Notes: generated by a model not told the origin, from the sequence alone. Positions 21,313 through 31,148 are shown, numbered from the stretch's first letter. The stretch is 64,000 bases of DNA from Bacteroidota bacterium (GCA_947456185.1 CANGPW010000001.1:17884-81883); one strand, 5' to 3'. Made by a program: numbers and translations.

Positions 21313-22353
21313 TCAAAGAATTGGACTGTTAATGTTTATTTGTTTTATTTTATTTATTAAAAATTCAAATTCAGTTTCTGTTATATTCAAATGTAACACA
21401 AATCTAATCAAATTATTACCCATACTTATTGCATTTATTTCATTGTTTCTTAAAAATTCAATAAAATGACTGGTGCTTAATTCAATTGGGTTTATTTTAA
21501 ATATTACAATATTAGTTTCAACGGGATAAACACTTTCCACAAAGTTACACGTTTGTAAAACATTTGCTAAAATAGTTGCTCGTTCATGGTCTATAGTTAG
21601 TCTATCAATATTATTTTGCAAAGCATACAAACCTGCAGCGGCTATAAATCCTGCTTGACGCATTCCACCGCCCATCACTTTTCTTATTCTGATGGCTTTT
21701 GAAATATTTTTTTTGCTGCCAAGCAGCAATGAACCAACTGGAGCACCAAGCCCTTTACTCAAACAAATAGAAATGGTATCAAATAATTGTCCATATTGTA
21801 AAGCAGATTGGTTTTTGGCAACTAACGCATTAAACAGTCTTGCACCGTCTAAGTGTAAAGCCATTTCGTTATTCTGGCAAACGGCTTTTATTTTTATTAT
21901 TTCATCAATTTCCCAGCATACACCACCACCTTTATTTACTGTGTTTTCAATGCAAACTAATTTACTAATAGGAAAATGTATATTGTTTTTATCATTGATG
22001 TTTTCTTGAACTTGATCTGCGGTAAATCGCCCATAATTACCTTCTAATAAGCGAGTAGAACATCCCGAATTAGAGCCAATTCCACCACCTTCGTATAAAT
22101 AAACATGCGAAAGTTTATGGCAAATTACTTCATCGCTAGGTTGCGTATGCAATTTGATTGCAATTTGATTGGTCATGGTTCCGCTGGCACAATATAAGGC
22201 TGCTTCCATTCCAAACATATCGGCTGCAAAGTTTTGCAATTCGTTTACAGTAGGATCTTCACCGAAAACATCATCCCCAACTTTGGCTTCCATCATGGCT
22301 TTAAGCATAGCCGAGCTTGGTTGGGTAACTGTATCGCTTCTTAAATCTATCAT
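21313..22353 (-). CDS. ltaE: Low-specificity L-threonine aldolase (PLP-dependent)
   Basis: [14 protein letters not shown]-terminus; beta-eliminating lyase family; internal PLP-lysine region. Confidence 0.8.
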   Translation of the reverse strand: MIDLRSDTVTQPSSAMLKAMMEAKVGDDVFGEDPTVNELQNFAADMFGMEAALYCASGTMTNQIAIKLHTQPSDEVICHKLSHVYLYEGGGIGSNSGCSTRLLEGNYGRFTADQVQENINDKNNIHFPISKLVCIENTVNKGGGVCWEIDEIIKIKAVCQNNEMALHLDGARLFNALVAKNQSALQYGQLFDTISICLSKGLGAPVGSLLLGSKKNISKAIRIRKVMGGGMRQAGFIAAAGLYALQNNIDRLTIDHERATILANVLQTCNFVESVYPVETNIVIFKINPIELSTSHFIEFLRNNEINAISMGNNLIRFVLHLNITETEFEFLINKIKQININSPIL

Positions 22354-22521
22354 TTTTAATTGCTTATTTATTGCATAGCAATTAAATTATTTTTTATGAA
22401 TTTGGTAAAATTAAATTCCTAATTATTCGCATAAATTTTGAGTGTTTAAACCTGTATCAATATAAATTTTCTGCCAAAATAGTGCTTTGCTTTGCTAGTT
22501 TTTTTTTAGTTATTTGCCAAT

Positions 22522-23664
22522 ATGCAATTTAAAAATATTGTAGGTCAAAAAACCTTAATAAACAAACTAATACAAACCACCAGAGATGGCCGAATAAGCC
22601 ATGCCCAAATGTTTTTAGGAGCAGAAGGAAGTGGAAATTTAGCTTTGGCCATTGCGTATGCACAATATGTAAATTGTTTAAATCAACAAGAAACGGATAG
22701 TTGTGGAATTTGTTCTAGTTGTGTAAAATATCAAAAATATATTCATCCCGATTTGCATTTTACATTTCCTACAATATCACCAATCAAATTATGCATTGAT
22801 GTATTGTCGGAATATAGAGAAGCACTAATCCGAAATCCTTACATGAACGATTTTGATTGGATATGTAATTTGGATAGTGCTGGAAATAAACAAGGAAATA
22901 TTACTGCTGAAGAGTGCCGAGATATAATCAGAAAATTAAGCCTAAAAGCATACGAAGCAAAGTTTAAAACTTTAATTATTTGGATGCCCGAATACATGAA
23001 AACAGAAGGCAATATTATTTTAAAACTTTTGGAAGAACCACCTGAAAACACCTTGATTATTTTAGTGGCCAATGATAGTGAAAAAGTAATAGCTACTATT
23101 TTATCAAGGGCCCAATTAATAAAAGTTCCGCAAGTATTAGATGAAGATATTGTAAATAATTTAGTTCAAAATTATCAAATAGAAAGTAACAAAGCGCAAG
23201 CAATAGCAAGGTTAGTAAGTGGAAATTATAACTTAGCATTGAGTTTAATCGACTTGGAGCATGGCGATTATTTGAATTTGTTTATTGAATGGATGCGAAA
23301 GTCGTTTGCCTATAAAAAAGATATTAAAATTGGACAGCAGGATGAGTTAACAATATTAATTGAAAAGCTTTCAATGGTTGGTCGCGAGCAAGTAAAAAGT
23401 TTTTTAACTTACAGTAGTCAAATGATTCGTTCTGCATTTATTTATAAATTTGGTCATCCTTCATTAAGGAAAAATTCACCGGAAGAATTGGCTTTTTTAA
23501 ATCAGTTCAGTGTGGTTTTTACACCAGATAATTTAGCATTGATAACCACCGCAATTGACGAAGCAATTTTTCATGTGGAGCGAAATGCAAGTGTGAAAAT
23601 TATGTATTTAAATCTTTCTATGTATATTGGCAAACATTTACAAATAATAAATTCTAAAAATTAA
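22522..23664 (+). CDS. holB: DNA polymerase III subunit delta'
   Basis: GRISHAQMFLGAEGSGNLALAIAYAQYVNC ... CGICSSC zinc module; AAA+-like clamp-loader fold. Confidence 0.8.
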   Translation: MQFKNIVGQKTLINKLIQTTRDGRISHAQMFLGAEGSGNLALAIAYAQYVNCLNQQETDSCGICSSCVKYQKYIHPDLHFTFPTISPIKLCIDVLSEYREALIRNPYMNDFDWICNLDSAGNKQGNITAEECRDIIRKLSLKAYEAKFKTLIIWMPEYMKTEGNIILKLLEEPPENTLIILVANDSEKVIATILSRAQLIKVPQVLDEDIVNNLVQNYQIESNKAQAIARLVSGNYNLALSLIDLEHGDYLNLFIEWMRKSFAYKKDIKIGQQDELTILIEKLSMVGREQVKSFLTYSSQMIRSAFIYKFGHPSLRKNSPEELAFLNQFSVVFTPDNLALITTAIDEAIFHVERNASVKIMYLNLSMYIGKHLQIINSKN

Positions 23665-23774
23665 GTTATTTATTAGTAATATTTGTAATATAATTCAGGG
23701 TTTTTATTTGTGTTAAATAATACCCTAAAACTAATTTTTTTAAAGTTCAATTATTTAAAATATATAAATAATAA

Positions 23775-25070
23775 ATGGGATGTTCAAGCGGAGGATGTAG
23801 CACAGGTGGCTGCTCTAGCGGTGGTTGCAGCACAGGTGGCTGCAATAAATTAAATACATACGATTGGTTAAGTGATTTGGTAATGCCACCTCAAACCAAA
23901 CCTTTTGATGTAGTAGAAGTAAGTTTTAAAGGCACTAGAAAAGAGTACTTTAGAAACAATAATTTGGATATAACCAATGGCGATTTTGTAATTGTAGAAT
24001 TAGAAAATGGTTATGATTTTGGTAAAGTAAATTTAAAAGGAGAACTAGTAAAACTACAATTAAAGAAAGTAGGATTAACTCCCGATAGTACTCATATTCG
24101 TAAAATTATTCGCAGGGCAAACGACACTGATATTGCAAAGCACAAGGAAAATAAAGAATTAGAAATTCCTACCATGTTTAAGGCCAGAACTCATGCTTTG
24201 GAGTTAGGTTTAAACATGAAATTAAGTGATGTAGAATACCAAGGTGATAAGCGAAAAGCTATTTTTTATTACACGGCCGAGGACAGGGTTGATTTTAGAG
24301 AATTGATAAAAAAACTGGCCGATGAGTTTAAAGTTCGTGTAGAAATGAAACAAATTGGCTACCGCCAAGAAGCGGGACGGCTTGGTGCTATTGGTAGTTG
24401 CGGACGAGAACTTTGCTGCAGTACTTGGCTTACCGATTTTAAAATGGTTCATATCAATGCCGCGCGTTACCAAAATTTATCTATTAATCAGTTAAAACTT
24501 TCTGGCCAATGTGGTAAATTAAAATGCTGCTTAAACTTTGAGTTAGATGTGTACCAAGAATCGTTAAAAGATTTTCCTGAAAAAGATAATAACATCATTG
24601 AATTTGCTGGTGACTTGCGTTACAAACAAGTGAAAATTGATATTTTAAAACGCATGTTGTTTTTTGCGCCAATGGGCGAAGCAAATGGCGATTGGTTAGA
24701 GTTAAGTGTAGAAAAAGCCAAGGAATATATTAGCCAAAACAGAGACGGCATAAAACCAGAATTGGTGATAAAACCAAAAGTTGAATTAAAGAAAGTAATA
24801 GAACTTGACTTTAAAAACGACATGGGAATGGATAGTTTAACTCGTTTGGACGATAATAAAAAACGAAATAACAACAATAAAAACAACCGCAATAAAAACA
24901 ATAATCCAAATCAGAACAGACCGCCACTAGCTATTGTGAACGCTAATGAAAACAAACCTTTGGATAATAATACTGTAAACACTAATCAAAATAATAAGCC
25001 TAAGTTTAATAAAAACAGGAATAATAGAAATAAACCTAATTTACCAAAGCCAGATGATAAAAAGGAGTAA
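23775..25070 (+). CDS. PSP1 C-terminal domain protein (RicT/YaaT-like) with N-terminal Cys-Gly repeat and an Asn/Lys-rich low-complexity tail
   Basis: MGCSSGGCSTGGCSSGGCSTGGC; PSP1 core (GDFVIVELENGYDFGKV ... CCSTWL ... CGKLKCC); conserved position downstream of holB. Confidence 0.75.
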   Translation: MGCSSGGCSTGGCSSGGCSTGGCNKLNTYDWLSDLVMPPQTKPFDVVEVSFKGTRKEYFRNNNLDITNGDFVIVELENGYDFGKVNLKGELVKLQLKKVGLTPDSTHIRKIIRRANDTDIAKHKENKELEIPTMFKARTHALELGLNMKLSDVEYQGDKRKAIFYYTAEDRVDFRELIKKLADEFKVRVEMKQIGYRQEAGRLGAIGSCGRELCCSTWLTDFKMVHINAARYQNLSINQLKLSGQCGKLKCCLNFELDVYQESLKDFPEKDNNIIEFAGDLRYKQVKIDILKRMLFFAPMGEANGDWLELSVEKAKEYISQNRDGIKPELVIKPKVELKKVIELDFKNDMGMDSLTRLDDNKKRNNNNKNNRNKNNNPNQNRPPLAIVNANENKPLDNNTVNTNQNNKPKFNKNRNNRNKPNLPKPDDKKE

Positions 25071-25554
25071 ATATATTCTATCAATTTTTGTATTTGTGTT
25101 GGTTTCATTTTGTTTTGGAGCCTGCGGAAATGCGCCAATTTTTGATGAAAACAAAGAAATTGCGGAATATAAATGGGATTTTAAAGCGCCAATTAACTTT
25201 GATATAAATATAAAAGATACCAATAAATACTGCAATGTGTTTATCAATTTTCGTATCAATGGCGATTATAAATACAGTAATTTTTTTATGTGGGTTCATG
25301 AAACTTTACCCGATAAAACTGTTACAAAAGAAAGAGTAGAGTTTATATTAGCCGATGATAAAGGAAAATGGCAAGGGAAAGGTTTAGGCGATATTTACGC
25401 TTACCAATTACAATACAAACCTCGTATAAAATTTAAACAAGCTGGAATTTATAGTTATAGTTTAGAGCAAAATATGCGCGATGATATTTTAGAAAATGTA
25501 GTAAGCGCTGGTGTTCGTGTTGAATTTTGGACTCCAGAATCCAAAGCTTGGTAA
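25054..25554 (+). CDS. Putative gliding-motility lipoprotein GldH-like
   Basis: 166 aa, lipoprotein signal with Cys at about 24 (SFCFGAC); the holB - PSP1 - gldH gene order is typical of gliding Bacteroidota; start overlaps the PSP1 3' end by 17 nt. Confidence 0.45.
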   Translation: MIKRSKYILSIFVFVLVSFCFGACGNAPIFDENKEIAEYKWDFKAPINFDINIKDTNKYCNVFINFRINGDYKYSNFFMWVHETLPDKTVTKERVEFILADDKGKWQGKGLGDIYAYQLQYKPRIKFKQAGIYSYSLEQNMRDDILENVVSAGVRVEFWTPESKAW

Positions 25555-25563
25555 TTAAATACT

Positions 25564-25869
25564 ATGAAAAAAGAACAGTTTGAAAGCATTACTCAATGGC
25601 AAGATGAAACATTTAAAAAAGCAACTGCTTTATCAAAAATGGCTCACTTATCAGAAGAAATGGAAGAATTAGTTTCTGATTTAAAAAACAATAGTGACAA
25701 TAAAAGAATGGAATTTGCCGATTGTTTTATTTTATTATTTGGTGCCGCTGCTTCCGATGGAATGAGCTATGAAGATATTTGCAATGCAATAGACGAAAAA
25801 ATGGAAATAAACTTTAACAGAAAATGGGGTAAACCTAATGATGATGGAGTAGTAAACCATATTAGATAA
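25564..25869 (+). CDS. Small MazG-like / DUF550-like nucleotide pyrophosphohydrolase-fold protein (putative)
   Basis: 101 aa, helical, acidic ladder LSEEMEELVSDL ... EFADCFILLFG ... DEKMEINFNRKWG resembling all-alpha NTP-PPase cores. Confidence 0.4.
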   Translation: MKKEQFESITQWQDETFKKATALSKMAHLSEEMEELVSDLKNNSDNKRMEFADCFILLFGAAASDGMSYEDICNAIDEKMEINFNRKWGKPNDDGVVNHIR

Positions 25870-25885
25870 TAATATTAAAACAAAA

Positions 25886-25912
25886 AAAGCTGCCATTGGC
25901 AGCTTTTTTTGT
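25886..25912. terminator. Bidirectional terminator (agctgcca-tt-ggcagct hairpin between A-run and T-run)
   Basis: aaaaaaagctgccattggcagcttttttt between the convergent 25564 gene and purF. Confidence 0.65.
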
Positions 25913-25925
25913 TTTTTATCGACTA

Positions 25926-27821
25926 CTAATAAGCTCTTGCATCGCTTCCTTCGTAATAATTCATGAATGCTTTGTTTACTACTTTATTTCCTCCTGGAGT
26001 TGGATAATTCCCACTAAAATACCAATCGCCAGTATGATTTGGACAAGCTATATGTAAATTTTCAATGGTTTGATAAATTACTTGAACACTTGCTGTTATT
26101 TCTGGCGGAGTAACAATGATTGATATTTGAGCAGAAATTTCTTCTTCTGTAAACAGTGAATACAATTCTATCAAATAGTTTTTCATTTCTTCTTTTGGTA
26201 AATTTTCTTGCGCTTTACATTTTTTGTAAACTTCGTCAATTTTCTTTTCAAGTTTACGTTCTTTAATGAGCGCTATCATTGCCTGAAAGGCAACAAAATC
26301 TTTCAATTTACTCATGTCTATTCCATAACAATCAGGGTAACGAATTTGCGGAGCAGAAGAAATAATGATTATTTTTTTAGGATGTAACCTGTCTAAAATT
26401 CTAAGAATAGATGTTTTTAAAGTGGTACCACGAACTATTGAATCGTCAATGACTACAAGCGTGTCTTCATGGTTTTTTACTATGCCGTAAGTAACATCGT
26501 AAACATGAGCAACCATGTCTTCACGGTTATTATCATTGGTAATAAAAGTACGCAGTTTTGCATCTTTTACAGCTACTCTTTCTCTGCGAGGGCGCACTGC
26601 TAAAATGGTTTTAAGTTGTGCCTCGTTTATTTCAGAACCAATTTTTTTTATCTGTTCAATTTTATGAATATTTAATAAATCATTGATTCCGTCTATCATT
26701 CCATAAAACGAAACAGCGGCAGTATTTGGAATAAAACTAAAAACAGTGTTTTCAAAATCATTATTTACTGCTTGCATAATTTTATTAGCCAATAAATAAC
26801 CCAATTGCTTGCGCTCTTTGTAAATGTCTTTATCGTTTCCACGGCTAAAATAAATGCGTTCAAATGAACAACTTTTACTTTCGCCTGGAGGAGTAATATT
26901 TACTTCGCTAATAGTTCCGTTACGTTTAATAATTAATGCATTTCCACGGCCTAATTCTTTGATATCTCTCACTGGAATATTGAACCCAGTTTGAATAGCA
27001 GGACGTTCACTTGTTACCACTGCTATTTCATCATCACAATAATAAAAACATGGTCGAATTCCGTTTGGATCTCGAACAACAAAAGCATCGCCATGGCCAA
27101 TTAAACCAGCCATTACATAACCTCCATCTGCATCGCGAAGCGCACGTTTCAAAATGTTTTCTACGTTTAATTCTTCAGCTATCATATTTGAAATATGTTG
27201 ATTGCTGTGTCCTTCTATTTTGTAACGGGTAAAAAGTCGTTGGTTTTCTTCATCAATAAAATGACCAAATTTTTCCAACATGGTAACGGTATCTGCTCTT
27301 TCGCTTGGGTGCTGGCCAAGGCCAACTAATACGTCAAAAAGTTCATCAACATTGGTTAAATTAAAGTTACCCGCAAGCATTAAATTACGGCTCATCCAAT
27401 TGTTTTCACGAATAAAAGGATGGCATAAATCTACGCTGTTTCCGCCATGGGTTCCATAACGCAAATGACCTAACAATAACTCGCCCATAAAAGGAACATG
27501 TGAACGCAAATAATCTGTATCGTTTAATTGTTCTTTGTTGCCGGCTTTGGTAATTTTTTTATTTACTTTTTCAAATATTTCTGCAATGGCGTTACTGCCA
27601 TTTGCTCGTTGGCGGTTGATGTAATTTTCGCCTGGTTTTACGTTAATTTTTATGGTTCCAACTCCCGCACCATCTTGGCCTCGGTTTTGTTGTTTTTCCA
27701 TTAAAAGATAAAGACGTTTTAAGCCATAAAGAGCTGAACCATATTTTTCTTGGTAAAAACTCATTGGTTTAAGCAGGCGAATAAGGGCTATTCCGCACTC
27801 GTGTTTGATTGAATCACTCAT
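25926..27821 (-). CDS. purF: Amidophosphoribosyltransferase (long Bacteroidota-type PurF)
   Basis: N-terminal Cys nucleophile MSDSIKHECGIALI; PRTase motif VVIDDSIVRGTT; 631 aa. Confidence 0.9.
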   Translation of the reverse strand: MSDSIKHECGIALIRLLKPMSFYQEKYGSALYGLKRLYLLMEKQQNRGQDGAGVGTIKINVKPGENYINRQRANGSNAIAEIFEKVNKKITKAGNKEQLNDTDYLRSHVPFMGELLLGHLRYGTHGGNSVDLCHPFIRENNWMSRNLMLAGNFNLTNVDELFDVLVGLGQHPSERADTVTMLEKFGHFIDEENQRLFTRYKIEGHSNQHISNMIAEELNVENILKRALRDADGGYVMAGLIGHGDAFVVRDPNGIRPCFYYCDDEIAVVTSERPAIQTGFNIPVRDIKELGRGNALIIKRNGTISEVNITPPGESKSCSFERIYFSRGNDKDIYKERKQLGYLLANKIMQAVNNDFENTVFSFIPNTAAVSFYGMIDGINDLLNIHKIEQIKKIGSEINEAQLKTILAVRPRRERVAVKDAKLRTFITNDNNREDMVAHVYDVTYGIVKNHEDTLVVIDDSIVRGTTLKTSILRILDRLHPKKIIIISSAPQIRYPDCYGIDMSKLKDFVAFQAMIALIKERKLEKKIDEVYKKCKAQENLPKEEMKNYLIELYSLFTEEEISAQISIIVTPPEITASVQVIYQTIENLHIACPNHTGDWYFSGNYPTPGGNKVVNKAFMNYYEGSDARAY

Positions 27822-27898
27822 AAAAGTATGGGCAAAAGTAAGTGATTATTTTAAAACAATTACTTTTTTATGTTTTAAAATTACTATTTTTAAACATA

Positions 27899-27935
27899 AA
27901 AAAAGCCTTGAATGTATAACAAAAAAGGCTTTTAA
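27899..27935 (-). terminator. Rho-independent terminator of the tandem-AAA gene
   Basis: Minus strand: aaagcctt-ttttgttatacattc-aaggcttttttt. Confidence 0.55.
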
Positions 27936-27938
27936 ATT

Positions 27939-30542
27939 TTAATTAAAACCTATCGATTTTCTTGCTTCAGGAATATTGGTATCAATCTTAAATTCTAAAA
28001 CATCATCTAAAACCAATTCAAAAATCATTTCTGAAGTTCGTTCAGTTGCAGGAATTTTTGCTAACCTTAAATGTTGATTTTTAATGGCTTCTTCCACTAC
28101 TTTTCTAATACTTCGGGCATTTCCAAAAAATTTATTCCTAGTATTATACATCGATTCGCTGAAAGCCTTTAGGTGATTTGAGGCTTCCTCAGTTGGTTTA
28201 ATGGCATTATTGTCAAGCATTTTTATTGCTATTTCATGTAATTGCAAAGCATCATAATCTTCAAACTGCATTTCTCTGTCGAACCTACTGTTTAATCCAG
28301 GATTGCTTTCTAAAAAATGCTTCATGTTATCGGTATAACCAGCTACAATAACAATAATATCACCTCTTGCATCTTCCATTTTTTTTAAAATAGTTTCTAC
28401 TGCTTCTTTTCCAAAATCATTTTCACCACCTTCACTCAAAGCATACGCTTCGTCAATAAACAAAACACCACCCATTGCTTTGTTCAAAACTGCGTTGGTT
28501 TTTAATGCAGTTTGACCCACAAATCCGCCCACTAAATCTTGTCTATCGCATTCTACCAAATTACCTCTTTCTAAAATTCCTAAGGCTTTATAAATTTGTG
28601 CTAAAATACGTGCCACGGTGGTTTTACCTGTTCCCGGATTTCCAGTAAAAACAGTATGTAACGAAAAAGATTGTCGAACATCTTTACCTATTTCTCTATA
28701 AAAACGAACTAATTTTACCAATTCGTCTATTTCATTTTTTACCTTTTTTAATCCTATTAAACTATGTAAAACTTGAAGCGATGACAACAATAATTCTTCG
28801 TCAATTGGAATATCAGTAATTGATTTGTGTTTAATGCCAAATACTTTTTCAATATCTACTGTTTCTATTGTACTTAATATATCATTACTCAATTCGCTAG
28901 GGTTTGGCGATTGCATTAAGCGCAAACCCATATTCATTTTACATTCGTCAATTAAGTTATTTACATAACGCGCATTTCCAAACATTCTATCTCTATCGCG
29001 GTAGGCATCTACCAGTTTTTTGAACATCAATTCCTTTGAAAATTCATTGAATTTGATACCTCTTTTTTGAGTTGAATATTCAGCAATTAAAAGTAATTCT
29101 TTAGGCAAATAATCTGGAAAATCGTAAAACATTTGGAACCTACTTTTCATTCCAGGATTGCTTTCTAAAAAGTTATTCATTTCATCGGGATAGCCTGCGG
29201 CAATAATTGCTATATCGCCATCACCGTCACTCATTTCTTTCAGTAAAATTTCAATGGCCTCTTTACCAAAATCCTTGCTGTCATCGTTTTTGCGTGCTAA
29301 AGCATAAGCCTCATCTATGAATAAAATGCCACCTTTTGCACGTTTGATAATTTCCTTGGTTTTTGGTGCCGTTTGACCAATGTATTCTGCTACTAAATCA
29401 CTTCTATCGGCCTCTATTACATGTCCTTTACTTAACAAACCAAGTTGCAAATATATTTTGCCAAGCATTTTGGCAACAGTTGTTTTACCCGTTCCCGGGT
29501 TCCCTGTAAAAATCGCGTGTAAGTTTATTTTTTCAGAGTCATCAAAGCCTTTTTCTTTCCTTATTTTTAAAAAATTTAAATAAGTGGTGTATTCTTTTAT
29601 TTTCTTTTTTATTGAGTCAAGACCAATTAAATGATCAAGCTCCAGCATAATATTTTCAATATTTTCAGGAGTTGGTTCTGCTTCAATTACTTTGATTGTT
29701 TGTTTAGCTTTAGCTTTTATTTCTTTTACTTTTTGTTCAATCAAAAACTCGTTTCCCACATCAAACAAAATACTAGCTACCAATTGGTCCATAAAAATTA
29801 CCTCAATGGTATAATAATCTAAGCCCCAAGTTCCTTTTAAATCATTTCCCCAGCCAATGCTGCATTCAAATGCTGGTTCAATTGGATCCACAAAAATTAT
29901 TTTTTCAACTGAACCTTTTAATTGACCCGAACGGGTTTTAAAGTTAAACTTTAACTCACAAGGCCATTTTTCTTCAACTTTCACTAAGTTTTCTGCTACC
30001 ATTTCAAGCCAAACATACCTTGTTTCTTTAGTATCAAAAGCACTTAAGTAATTACGTTCTGCTTTTGGAATATTGGTTTCAGTTCCTTCATAAAGTTTGT
30101 TGGTTTTTATTTTGAAATAAGGATTTTCGGTTTCTGTAACTATACCAATATCTAAAATATAAAATGATTTTTCTGCAATAAATACGCCATCTACCCATGC
30201 TTCCCATCGATAACTCCCTTTTTTCCAAAAAGTACCAGCGCTTTTTACACCCCAACCTTCTCTAATATATACAATGTTTTCGTCCTTCTTTATCGTTCTA
30301 TCAGCAGTAAGTGTGCAAATTTCTGAGCTGTCGTCTTGTTTGATACACTTTAAACTTATTTTTACATCCCATTCTTTTTCATCAAATAATTTATTGAAAA
30401 AAGAAAGTTCACAATAAATAAAAGTGCATTCAGAAAGATCATAAACTTGTCTGTATTTTTTTTCGTTATTCGCTAACCATTCAGTACTACCAAATATTTT
30501 TAAGTCGCGATACTTGTAATTTACTACTTTATCTTTTGCCAT
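27939..30542 (-). CDS. Tandem AAA+ ATPase (CbxX/CfxQ/SpoVK-like, two AAA modules) with a duplicated about 300-aa N-terminal domain
   Basis: Two Walker A motifs, FTGNPGTGKTTVAKMLGKIY and FTGNPGTGKTTVARILAQIY, each followed by ILFIDEAYAL Walker B and the SpoVK-type (A/V)AGY...ESNPG(M/L)(K/N)SRF motif; N-terminus carries two related W-rich repeats. Confidence 0.8.
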   Translation of the reverse strand: MAKDKVVNYKYRDLKIFGSTEWLANNEKKYRQVYDLSECTFIYCELSFFNKLFDEKEWDVKISLKCIKQDDSSEICTLTADRTIKKDENIVYIREGWGVKSAGTFWKKGSYRWEAWVDGVFIAEKSFYILDIGIVTETENPYFKIKTNKLYEGTETNIPKAERNYLSAFDTKETRYVWLEMVAENLVKVEEKWPCELKFNFKTRSGQLKGSVEKIIFVDPIEPAFECSIGWGNDLKGTWGLDYYTIEVIFMDQLVASILFDVGNEFLIEQKVKEIKAKAKQTIKVIEAEPTPENIENIMLELDHLIGLDSIKKKIKEYTTYLNFLKIRKEKGFDDSEKINLHAIFTGNPGTGKTTVAKMLGKIYLQLGLLSKGHVIEADRSDLVAEYIGQTAPKTKEIIKRAKGGILFIDEAYALARKNDDSKDFGKEAIEILLKEMSDGDGDIAIIAAGYPDEMNNFLESNPGMKSRFQMFYDFPDYLPKELLLIAEYSTQKRGIKFNEFSKELMFKKLVDAYRDRDRMFGNARYVNNLIDECKMNMGLRLMQSPNPSELSNDILSTIETVDIEKVFGIKHKSITDIPIDEELLLSSLQVLHSLIGLKKVKNEIDELVKLVRFYREIGKDVRQSFSLHTVFTGNPGTGKTTVARILAQIYKALGILERGNLVECDRQDLVGGFVGQTALKTNAVLNKAMGGVLFIDEAYALSEGGENDFGKEAVETILKKMEDARGDIIVIVAGYTDNMKHFLESNPGLNSRFDREMQFEDYDALQLHEIAIKMLDNNAIKPTEEASNHLKAFSESMYNTRNKFFGNARSIRKVVEEAIKNQHLRLAKIPATERTSEMIFELVLDDVLEFKIDTNIPEARKSIGFN

Positions 30543-30724
30543 GACTAAAGTTTATTTTTTGCTAATTAACGAACAATTTTAATGCATATTATTATTGGAA
30601 ATTGATGAAATATTAATTTTACATGATTGTTACTATAACTAATTAGTATTCAAAGGCTTTTTATTTATTGGCTAAATCATATAAAAGCATTTTAAAAAAT
30701 ATTTCGTAAAAATAAAAGAAAAGT

Positions 30725-30754
30725 TTTGTCGTTTGCTTGAGAATGCTACATTTG
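30725..30754 (+). promoter_or_regulatory. Putative Bacteroidota-type promoter of tRNA-Ser (-33 TTTG, 18-nt spacer, -7 TAcaTTTG)
   Basis: ttttg...gctacatttgcactcc, 22 nt upstream of the tRNA 5' end. Confidence 0.5.
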
Positions 30755-30776
30755 CACTCCCTTTTAAAAAGCAATT

Positions 30777-30865
30777 GGTGAGATGGGTGAGCGGCTGAAA
30801 CCACCGGTTTGCTAAACCGACATACGCGTCAAAGTGTATCGAGAGTTCGAATCTCTCTCTCACCG
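30777..30865 (+). tRNA. tRNA-Ser (anticodon GCT), type II with long variable arm
   Basis: Acceptor GGTGAGA/TCTCACC, anticodon loop TTGCTAA, T-arm GAGAGTTCGAATCTCTC; close to E. coli tRNA-Ser(GCU); CCA not encoded. Confidence 0.9.
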
Positions 30866-30934
30866 CACAAATTTTTTATAGGGCGAGTAGCAATGCTTAG
30901 TTCAAAAATTTAGCACTTTTGAAAAACTTGCAAA

Positions 30935-31008
30935 CGGGGTGTAGCGTAGCCTGGTATCGCGCCACATTTGGGATGTGGAGGTCGTAGGTTCGAATCCTGC
31001 CACCCCGA
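30935..31008 (+). tRNA. tRNA-Pro (anticodon TGG)
   Basis: CGGGGTG...CACCCCG acceptor, anticodon loop TTTGGGA, T-arm GTAGGTTCGAATCCTGC; the ORF-track entries 30672..30863 and 30897..31088 are spurious. Confidence 0.9.
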
Positions 31009-31011
31009 CTT

Positions 31012-31045
31012 AAAAAGCTTAACAGTAATGTTAGGCTTTTTTTAT
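31012..31045 (+). terminator. tRNA-Pro terminator hairpin (module A1); identical second copy at 31449-31479
   Basis: aagcttaac-agtaat-gttaggctt (one mismatch) followed by ttttttt. Confidence 0.5.
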
Positions 31046-31112
31046 TTTTAAAAAATACAATAAATGTGGAGGTCGTATCATCACGCATGGCATGACTGCC
31101 ACTCTGAATCTG
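31018..31112. repeat. Direct-repeat module left copy: terminator-like spacer A1 plus tRNA-Pro-3'-half-like B1
   Basis: B1 gtggaggtcgtatca...ctgccac matches the tRNA-Pro variable loop and acceptor 3' strand with the T-arm replaced by a hairpin; repeated at 31397-31553. Confidence 0.8.
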
Positions 31113-31148
31113 TATAATTAAGATTTAAATTTAACAAATAAATATTTT

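Noticed and set aside
30672-31088. ORF-track CDS calls 30672..30863 (-) and 30897..31088 (-)
   Set aside because: They lie antisense across tRNA-Ser and tRNA-Pro. They are low-complexity, have no protein-like features, and are explained by the tRNA genes.
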